DNA of 64,000 nucleotides. Origin: Octopus sinensis (Eukaryota). Positions 48,976 to 59,608 of the stretch are shown here, in pieces. The position numbers and the translations under genes are program-made. The number at the start of each line of letters is the position of its first letter. Within the stretch, counting starts at the first letter, position 1. The stretch covers positions 52,080,001-52,144,000 of the forward strand of contig NC_043006.1 of NCBI RefSeq assembly GCF_006345805.1, read 5' to 3'. The notes beneath the pieces were generated by a model. It was given only the letters and a program-made list of their open reading frames with translations. It was not told the origin of the DNA and did no database searches.

Positions 48976-51069
48976 TTTTCACTCATCCGTTTGATATCCT
49001 CACTTAAACGTGAATGTTCTGTTAGAACAAGCTTTTGTGCCTTAGATACCATGAGAGAAACTCTTATATAGGCTTTAAGTGTAAAAGGTACGCTTGTTTA
49101 AATAGCTAGCAGAGAGATAAATCCTTACCAATTCCAGCACCGAGACCACCAGATCACATGATTTCATACTTCCTTGGTCTCAACAATGATAGATGCTTGA
49201 CTGCTAGAGATAGCAGCGACTTATCTCGCCGCCAGCGACATTTAGGGAATCAGTGCCTTCCTAACATAGGCACAAGGCCAGAAATTTAGGAGGAGGAGGT
49301 TACAGTTGATGTAATCGAACTACAATGATTGACTGGCTCATTATTTCATGGACGAAGACAGGGATAAAATTTTGACCTTGGTGGGATTTTAAACTCAGAA
49401 GACTCATAACTGAATACTGTGTAACGGTAATGGTTATGCTATAGATTGAAAAATAAATGATGTTGGTGCTGACTCCAGGAAAGAAAGACAGTGGCCGAAG
49501 TTGTGGTTAATATATTTTATTTCTCCTTTACATATAATTAAAGCCAAACCACAACGGGCTGGTGTGTATAAAAACAGACAGAAAGCATACGAATTAACGA
49601 GAGCGAGATTTTCCTGTATAATTGTTGCTGTTTTCGTGTTTAACTACTTGATGCTAAAATAAGGTTCAGAGGAAGATAGAGTGAATGAAAGTTTAACAAG
49701 TGGATAGCATAAGACTTATGCATCCCGAGTCATTTGCGCAGTAGATGGAGAGAGAGACAGAGTGATGTTGTCGAGACGAAAGTGAATTTGTAAGAAGGGC
49801 TAAGAGAGTGATGGATAAGGCCGCTGTATCCAGGTTGATTCCATAGTTGTCCTTCTATGACGTTTCTTCAGAGTCGAGGTGGTGTTTCGTTCGAGCCGGT
49901 TAGCCTAACCCCTGTTCATCGCCCTCACTAACTGATTTTTCCTTGGAGAATGCGGGTATTTATAACTATGCAGACTAGCTAGAAAGGTGGATGTACCATT
50001 CTGACAATGGTTAAATTAATGTAGGACACTCCTTATCAATTTCAACTTTTCCTGGGATAGAAAAGGTGAAGAGTCAAATGGAAAACACATATATCAGCAT
50101 TTATCCTTGACAGAACAATAGGTTGTATGGCTAGGGAGAATTTACGGATTCAGTTTCGAATCTCAGTAGGCTCAAGCAAGGTCCCACAACTGCAACGTAT
50201 TTTGTCCGACGTTTCAACGGTTCCGTCAACTGGCCAACCTCACTCGTTTAATCGTTGTTTCTAATATACACACAATACCTCAAATTTTGTAGAAAGTATA
50301 GCCAATTATATCCAACAAGTCGTCTAGTAATTTATTTTTATGAATTCTGTAAGGAACACTGAGCCAGATTAACCTAGAAACACGAGTAGCAAATGTTATA
50401 GCTCCCACTTTTTCAGAGATCAGTAAATGTTTTATTGGTATAGTACTATACCATTTTCAATGATTGGCTATTTAAGGTTGATTTAATATTCAGAACGCTA
50501 CCTAGATCCAATAAACATTAAATTAAATGCATTATCATTTCCGATTCAGTGATTCTCTACTTGTTTTGTTATTGTATTTCTATACTGCCTTCAGCTGTCA
50601 TGAACGCCTGAGCGTTTAAGGTTGATCCAATTCTCGGAATATTTCTGATATCCAATGCGCTTTACGTAAAGAAAATCACTATTATCAAATTTAAAAGTAA
50701 CAATAATTAATAGAAAAGCTTACTTTCTTTTTATAAGATGCTAGATAATGCTCAATACTTCCTGTTTCTCCATTTCGATGCATTAAACTCGTCCTATAAT
50801 TATTGCTTTTAATTATTATTTTTCTCATAGATAAGCTTACTTGAACGAGTCAGAGTATTACTTAGATATTACAAACACTGAAGTGAAAACTAAACTTATT
50901 AAATAGAATCCAGATTTCTAACTAAAAAGAAAGATTTGAGTGTAATTTCTAGTTACTGTTGCTAAGAAAAATTATAGTACATGCAACAAAAGAAGAACTA
51001 TATCACTTCTCCCGAAATCTTCAAAATTATTATGACGTTGGCATCTATATGTGGTTATGTGTATGTGTG

Positions 51070-51117
<48 letters not shown>

Positions 51118-51148
51118 GTATATATAAATACGTACATACATACATACA

Positions 51149-51184
<36 letters not shown>

Positions 51185-51205
51185 TGTTGTATGTATGTAT
51201 GTATG

Positions 51206-51263
<58 letters not shown>

Positions 51264-51964
51264 TATATATATTATATTAAACTAGAGATAAAACCACTAT
51301 TAGGCAATCAAACAGTGAAAATCATAAGCCAATACATAGAAATACAATTAATTAAAAAATATATAAAAAATATAAAATATAAAATAAAAAACCATTAAAA
51401 TATTTAAATTAAAGTTAGAATTTTAAAAAAATTACTTGAATTAATAATTTAAACTTATAAATTATAAATTATATATATATTTTTATTATCATTTTATTTA
51501 ATTATTATTTTTTTTATTTATATATTTTTAATTTTATTTTATTAATTTTTTTAATATTTTATATTTATTTATTTTATATTTATTTATTTTATTTTTTATT
51601 TTTTAAACTATCAAAAAGTATTAAAAGTTTAATATAAGATAAAGAGTATATATATATATATATATAAAAGTAGATAAATGGTACAAGGCACCAATTTTTA
51701 CTGGAAAATAGCAATCGATATAAATACGACGCTATTGTATAGCTTCACTGCGTATATACTAGCAAAGACGTGTGTATACAACAAACATGAAAAAAATTTG
51801 TCTTACCTCTAGGAAGAACATTCGATAAATGGACAACCTAGAATCGGATAATGCAGGACCGGTTTCTAACTCTTCAAATACGTTTGACAACGACGTAAAT
51901 TTGATTAGTCTTCATCAGCTGCATTTACTTAGACAAAATTTCAAATGTTGCCACATCAATAATT

Positions 51965-52071
51965 AATTAGCTATCCTTCACCTGAAGAGTAGCTTGAGGT
52001 CTAACCCCTCGTTTGGATAATTACCTGTTCCGAGGTTCCGCTAACTATGAAATATATATATAGAGAGAGAT

Positions 52072-52106
<35 letters not shown>

Positions 52107-52107
52107 T

Positions 52108-52175
<68 letters not shown>

Positions 52176-52535
52176 TCAACAGATGAGATCAAGAGATTCT
52201 CAGTTATAGAAGGTACTTAGCAGTGCTCAAAGGATTGAGACTTAGACTCCAATGACTTTACAGGGGATAAAAATCCAGGCTACCGCGAAAGAAGTAATTA
52301 TCCAAACGAGGGGTAGACCTCAAGCTATTCTTCAGGCCAAGGATATCTTGATGAGATAAAGCTTACATTGTTGTTAGGAGATGACGTGTTAACTGGTAGG
52401 GGATTCGATCGAAATGTATCGACAATGTAAACTTCATATAATCAAGCTATCCTTCACCTGAAGAGTATCTTGCGGTCTAACCCCTCGTTTGGATAATTAC
52501 CTCTTCCGAGGTTCCGCTAACTATGAAACATATAT
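51965..52535. repeat. Direct / inverted / direct arrangement of an ~85-bp unit (Penelope pLTR-like architecture)
   Basis: AGCTATCCTTCACCTGAAGAGTA...GTTCCGCTAACTATGAAA at ~51970 and ~52445; inverted partial copy at ~52293-52345. Confidence 0.6.
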
Positions 52536-52579
52536 ATCCTGAATTTTATCTTACTCCATTTCTTAATTTTGTATATATA

Positions 52580-53005
52580 GAGTGTAATCACTCGCCATAC
52601 CGCGGTTCACCTATCGTGCCCTCAGCACATCGGGGATTTTCTGGCTAATATAATCAAATTTATATCGCGGACTCCTCAGTATATCGCAGGTTTCTGCGGC
52701 CGATAGGTATTCATATTTTTTTAGATTTTAATTATTTCTGTGGTAAAATAAACATTTTCACGCCTAAAAATCAATAAATTGATAGATAAACATACAGTAC
52801 TGTATTGTATAATAACACATTATTTAAAATATATTAAATGAAAATATGTAGTGTACCGTAGATGAGTAAGCAAATAATCACACATACAGCATGGAAAATG
52901 AAACTCGAAAGGTGAGTGTTTGGTGTCGTTTTGCATTTATGATAAAATAAATATATGCAAATTATAAAAATAATAATAAAAATATACAGTCCAGTACTGT
53001 TTCTA
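52580..53005. mobile_element. Tigger/pogo-like MITE fragment
   Basis: GTAATCACTCGCCATACCGCGGTTCACCTATCG resembles Tigger-type termini; right end not clearly resolved. Confidence 0.35.
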
Positions 53006-53007
53006 CT

Positions 53008-53192
53008 TAGGTGCAGGAGTGGCTGTGTGGTAAGTAGCTTGCTTACGAACCACATGGTTCTGGGTTCAGTCCCACTGCGTGGCACCTTGCGCAAGTGTCT
53101 TCCGCTATAGCCGCCGACCGACCAAAGCCTTGTGAGTGGATTTGGTAGACGGAAACTGAGAGAAGTCCGTCGTATATATATGTGTATGTATG

Positions 53193-53255
<63 letters not shown>

Positions 53256-53480
53256 ATATGTTTGTGTGTCTGTGTTTATCTCCCCAACATCACTTGACAA
53301 CCGATGGTGGTGTGTTTACATCACCGTAACTTAGCGGTTCGGCAAAAGGGACCGTTAGAATAAGTACTAGGCATCCAAATAATAAGTTCTGGGGTCGATT
53401 TGCTCGACTAACGGCGGTGCTGAAGCATGGCCACAGTGAAATGACTGAAACAAGTAAAAGAAAAGAGTAAAGAGAAAAAG
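53008..53480 (+). mobile_element. SINE family A, full length
   Basis: Complete head, core, (TA)(TG)n insert and tail. Confidence 0.9.
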
Positions 53481-53542
53481 AGTGTATTTTCATCTATCAC
53501 ACTGAGTTTCAGAACGTAACCACCCGCGATAGTCGAGGAATT

Positions 53543-53580
<38 letters not shown>

Positions 53581-53581
<1 letters not shown>

Positions 53582-54865
53582 GAGGGACGTTCAGTAAGTA
53601 ATGCCCCTGACCCATTTGTAGTTGTTTGATCTTGCTGAAATTTTGCATGTGCAATTATTTATATCTCTATAGATTACGTGGCAAATTACACCTCTAAACT
53701 AATTGTGGTTTCTGATTTACAGGTGTTTGAACTGAGTCAAGTGTGAAATGGAGCCTGTTGAGTGTCGAGCAGTGATCCGGGTTTTGTATTTGAAAGGACG
53801 CACACCACGGGAGACTTTTGATGAAATGAAAGTAACTTATGGCAATGATGCCCATCATATGACCTTGTAAAACGCTGGCATCGTGAATTCAAACATGGTC
53901 GGAACTCTGTGGAAACAGCCCCCAGATCTGGTCACCCTCCTTCTGCCATTGATGAGGCATCTGTCCGTCAAGTTGAGGCTGCCATTTTGGAAGATCGACG
54001 CATAACTATTCGCCAAATAGCCCATGAGGTCAAGATTAGTACCAGGTCTGTGGAAACTATCATTCATGACTATTTGCATATGCAAAAGGTGTCTGCTAGA
54101 TGGATTCCCAATTGCTCACACCTTTCCAGAAGCAAGAACGCGTCGAGTGCTCGAGGATGAATTTGGAGATGTGCCATGAAGATGAGTCAAAATTTTTCAA
54201 AAGACTGATTACACAGGATGAAACCTGGGTCCATCGCCATGATCCTGAGACCAAAGCCCAGTCAATGCAGTGGAAACACCGTGACTCACCTCCTCCAAAG
54301 AAGGCAAGGGTGCAGCCCTCCGCTGGAAAGGTCATGCTCACAGTCTTCTGGGACCAGGACGGAGTAGTGATGACAGATTTACTGGCAAAGTGTACCACAA
54401 TTACAGGAGCCTATTATGCTTCACTTTTGAGGAAATTAAGAGAAGCTATCAAAATCAAGAGGCGGGGCAAGATCAGCAAAGGCATTCTCCTCCTGCAGGA
54501 CAACGCTCCGGTCCACAACTCGATGGTCGCCAGATCAGAAGCACAGGCGTGCGGCTATGAACTCCTCCCCCAACCCCTTCTCTCCTGACCTTGCACCCTC
54601 GGATTTTCACCTCTCCCCACCCATGAAGTTGTTTTTAAAAAGAAAGCGTTTCCCAGATGATGCAGCCTTGATTTCTGAAGTCAGGTCGTGGTTGGAGGAC
54701 CAAGCTGGGGTCTTCTACAAAAACGGTCTCTAGAGCTGCATCAAACGTGGGAGACATGCGTAACTCTGGGTGGTTCCCATGTAAAAGAAGACTAATAACT
54801 GTGCCAAGTGCATGCTCTACTGCTATGGAAGTGGGTCAGGGGCATTACTTATTGAATGCCCCTCG
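53581..54865 (+). mobile_element. Full-length mariner transposon (1285 bp) with a frameshifted transposase (~53748-54795)
   Basis: 34-bp TIRs CGAGGGACGTTCAGTAAGTAATGCCCCTGACCCA / TGGGTCAGGGGCATTACTTATTGAATGCCCCTCG; motifs WIP, QDETWVH, QDNAPVH, PDLAPSD; lies within (TA)n. Confidence 0.95.
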
Positions 54866-54877
54866 ATATATATATAT

Positions 54878-54924
<47 letters not shown>

Positions 54925-55204
54925 ATAGTATATTATATATATATATAATATATTATGTATATTGTATGTATTATGTATGTATGTATGTATGTATGTATGT
55001 ATGTAGTAGTATGTATGTATATATTATGTATGTAGTATATAATAATAAGAAATGAAATTAGGACAGTGGCGTCAGTTTAATGTTCCTTTTTCACACTATG
55101 TATGAGAAATATAAATAGCCGGATGTTTATGGTAAACTAATAACGGTGACATCAAATTTCCATATCTATCCTTGAAATTATTTTAATTATTTCACGGTGT
55201 ATAA

Positions 55205-55236
<32 letters not shown>

Positions 55237-55434
55237 GCACGCACACACACATGTTTTCATATATGTATATATGCAAATATGCATACATATATACATACAC
55301 AACCATATATATATATATATATATATATAATTACACACACACATATACATATATGTTTACATAAATGCATGCATACATACATATACATACATATATATGT
55401 ATGTAATAGATGGATAGATAGATAGGTAGATAGA

Positions 55435-56778
55435 CAGATATAAAAGAGAGATTCTGTCCGTTTGTGTGTTTGTTTGTCCCATAAAGTGAAAGTAAATGGT
55501 TCAAAGGATGCGAAACTAATTGTGCACAAGCCTATGACGAACTTCTTTGGAGCAACGATTCTCACTGGTTGTGGTAAACGTGACACCGTCTTCGTTCCTC
55601 ACATACCAGTAATACCATCTAATGTTCCATTCAAATTTAAGCCCTCACAGTTTCCTATCCCACTTGTTTTGTCATGAGCATTAATAAAAGTCAGGGCCAA
55701 ACACTAAAAGTTGCTCGATTGCAACTTGAAGAACAAACAGAAGTTCGTATATGAAATCCATCGTTTTTCTACTTCAATTATTACATGTTTTTCTCTTATA
55801 TAATACACACATACAGGACGAGTAAACCTAAATCTGACTGACAGGACACAGTACTTGTAATCTCTTTGGACTATTACTGTTGCCTTGTCTTCCATTCCTG
55901 TAATATAGCGTCGGAATTTCAGCATTAACATTGAAAGGACACAGCATTTGTAATTTCATTTCACTTTTACTTACTGATATTCCTAATCAAAAAAAATTAC
56001 TCCTGGAAAAAGACCGTCAAAAAACGATCACCAAACAAACGCACGACGTGCATAGAAAACGAGGATGAGACACGCGCAAATCTAAATCTGTAGTCGTAGT
56101 CTCACCCTCGTTCAGATTCGAAACTGAATCTTTCAATTTTCCTAGGGCATACAGCCTATTCAAATGTCAAAAGAAATCATGACAAATGAGTCTTCCACTT
56201 CAACTGTGACCTTCTCAGTGCCGGATTCCCTAAAGGTATTCTATATGATATAGCTATTCTTCTAGCTTCATTCACGATATACCGCCTTTTAAAACGTTAA
56301 AAGGAACAGTGACAAATGGATGTTCCGCTTGACCTGTAGCCTTTTCAGTGCCATCGCAGTCATTGGATTCCGTGAAGCTATTTTTCTAGCTTCTCGGTTC
56401 TGATATGAGCATTAATAAAAGTCAGGGCCAAACACTAAAAGTTGCTGGATTGCAACTTCATGAACAAACAAAAGTTCGTATGTGAAATCCATCTTTTTCT
56501 CTACTTCAATTATTACATGTTTTTCTCGTGTATAATACGCTAGGGATTAAAACGGCATAGATCTTTTTATTGTTTTACTTGTTTCAGTCATGTAATTGCG
56601 GCCATACTGGAATATGCATAAATATACATACACACACACACACACATATATATATATAGATATATACATATATATGTATGTACCACACACACACACACAC
56701 ACACACATAAAATATATAGATATATTATATATATATATATATACATATATAATAATACATACATACATACATACATAA

Positions 56779-56842
<64 letters not shown>

Positions 56843-57199
56843 TATATATATACACATATATTCTTTTATTCCTTTATATGTTTCTGTCCAGTGACTGTGG
56901 CCATGCTGAAGCACCGCCATTGGGATCATCTTTCCACTCTCCACCTTTGTCGGACTAGCTTTTGGTGAAGGACGAGTAAACCCAAATCTGACTGACAGGA
57001 CACAGCATTTGTAATTTCATAGGCGCAGGAGTAGCTGTGTGGTAAGTAGCTTGCTAACCAACCACATGGCTCCGGGTTCAGTCCCACTGCGTGGCATCTT
57101 GGGCAAGTGTCTTCTGCTATAGCCCCGGGCCGACCAATGCCTTGTGAGTGGATTTGGTAGACGGAAACTGAAAGAAGCCTGTCGTATATATGTATATAT

Positions 57200-57269
<70 letters not shown>

Positions 57270-57788
57270 TGTGTCTGTGTTTGTCCCCCTAGCATTGCTT
57301 GACAACCGATGCTAGTGTGTTTACGTCACTTAGCGGTTCGGCAAAGTAGACCGATAGAATAAGTACTAAGCTTACAAAGAATAAGTCCCGGGGTCGATTT
57401 GATCGACTAAAGGCGGTGCTCCAGCATGGCCGCAGTCAAAATGACTGAAACAAGTAAAAGAGTAAAGAGTATTACTTACTGTTTCTTTGTCTTCCATTCC
57501 TGTAATATAGTATCGGAATTTCAGCTCTAACACTAACAAGACACAGTATTTGTAATTTCATTTCACTATTACTTACAGATATTCCTAATCAAAAAAATGT
57601 CTGCTAAAAAGAGACCGTTGAAAAGTGAACACCAAACAAACGCACGACGTCCAATGCTCTTTCAGTGCCATCGCAGTCAATCGGATTCCGTAACGTTTTT
57701 CTTCTATATGATATACCCATGTTCCTAGCTTCTCGGTCCGAGAAACAGTAAAAGTAATTACCCCACTAAAGACGGGTATTATTGCTAG
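55435..57788 (+). mobile_element. Non-autonomous Helitron with RepHel fragments, internal duplication and nested SINEs
   Basis: PIF1-type helicase C-terminus ATILTGCGKRDTVFVPHIPVIPSNVPFKF...MSINKSQGQTLKVA (55500-55740; SINKSQGQTLKVAG repeated at 56406); 3' hairpin TTACCC...GGGTATTA followed by CTAG (57785-57788). Confidence 0.8.
57018..57470 (+). mobile_element. SINE family A, full length, nested in the Helitron
   Basis: Near-consensus copy interrupting the duplicated Helitron unit. Confidence 0.9.
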
Positions 57789-58138
57789 AGTATATATGTA
57801 TATGTGTATTCTAGAAGATATACCTGGCCTTGCTAGGGATTAAAACGGCATAGTGTTTTTTTTTATTGTTTTACTTGTTTCAGTCCTGTGATTGCGGCTA
57901 TACTGGAGCACTGCTTTGGTCGAAAAAATCGACCACAGGTTTTATTCTTTGCAAGCCTAGTGCTTATTCTATCAGTGTCTTTAGCCAAACCGCTAAGTTA
58001 TGGTAACGTAAACACAGTAATATCGGTTGTCAAGCAAATGTGAATACAAACACAGATAAACACACACACACACAAATATACACTTATATATCACAGTCTT
58101 CCTACACACATATATATGTATGTATGTATGTATGTATA

Positions 58139-58220
<82 letters not shown>

Positions 58221-58310
58221 CATATGTACATACATATATATATTATATATATATATATACATATACCTACATATATATATACGCATAACTATACATACAT
58301 ATATATATAC

Positions 58311-58346
<36 letters not shown>

Positions 58347-58367
58347 CTGTGTGGGGGGTGTATAAAA

Positions 58368-58887
58368 ACTCAAAAGAGGGCAGTAACATCGAACTCCATC
58401 CATTTGGTGAAGGATGGAGTTCGATGTTACTGCCCTCTTTTGAGTCTCCTGCATAGATATTGGCTCATACAGGATCTCGATGAGCCAGAGGTTAAGTTCA
58501 CGTTTGAAAACGTCTACATCCACTCCAAGGACGCTTCTCAGAAGCTTCGGCTGACATTTAAACAGCTGTGGGCCCCTGAAACCTAAGCTATTGCAGTATC
58601 CTTGCCCGAGAAGAAGCAGTCGGCACAGTGGGGACAGCACAGTGACGTCCTATTTGTGATGTGGTATAGCTCTTTATTCCAAAGTTTGGCACCAGTCCTT
58701 CCAGCATCTTCCATATCTATATCACTGCATACCTCCCCCGCCTTCGTTCTAATGAATAGAGTCGTAGCTCTTTCAATCTGTCCCAGTAGCTCAGTCGTTG
58801 ATGCAATTTTCTTTGTGTAATGTCGTTGGACTGCTTCAAGCTCTGCTATCATCCTTGTAGCATAAGGTGACCATAGCTGAGAGCAGA
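58368..58887 (-). mobile_element. CR1-group LINE 3' fragment ending in a perfect fold-back
   Basis: SQLWSPYATRMIAELEAVQRHYTKKIAS ... [11 protein letters not shown]...[14 protein letters not shown]...[13 protein letters not shown]. Confidence 0.85.
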
Positions 58888-58927
<40 letters not shown>

Positions 58928-59284
58928 CAATAGTATTAAGGAATGACCCTGACAGGCCATTCAACTCACTTGAAAAGAGCAGCTAAACTCAAACCGCAAA
59001 ATAGTAGTAATTCTGAAACTAAAGGAGAAATAAAAACATTTATATATATATATGTATACACACACACACACACACACATATATGCATACACATATATATA
59101 TGCAAAGATATAAATATATACATAATACATGCATGCATACATACATACATACATACATACATACATACATACATACATACATACATACATACATGCATGC
59201 ATGCATGCATACATACATACATACATACATACATACATACTACATACATACATGCATGCATGCATACATACATACATACATACA

Positions 59285-59320
<36 letters not shown>

Positions 59321-59389
59321 TATACAGATACATAATGAAAGTAATTGAAATTGAAACCATATAATAGTCAAAATATTAATAGTGATGTT

Positions 59390-59562
59390 ATTGTTTCACT
59401 TTTGACTCGTAAAACTGAAACATTGTAAGAGATAACAAATTGCTCCGGACAGAAGCAAGAAGATGAAAATGTTTTTAGCCGATGACACTGCATGGACCCT
59501 AAGTAAGGTTTACGTAAAATTTGAATGAAATCGGTTGGGTAATTCTCGAGTTAGTGATGAAC

Positions 59563-59593
<31 letters not shown>

Positions 59594-59608
59594 TGCTCAG
59601 TTTTATAT
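59390..59608 (+). mobile_element. Helitron/HINE-like non-autonomous element 3' part
   Basis: AAATTTGAATGAAATCGGTTGGGTAATTCTCGAG...(ACAG)n...TTTTATAT, the architecture of Lep1/DINE-like elements. Confidence 0.5.

Noticed and set aside
51290-51660. Almost pure A/T stretch with mirrored composition
   Set aside because: Looks like a degenerate or error-prone (TA)n-derived tract, possibly a low-quality assembly segment.
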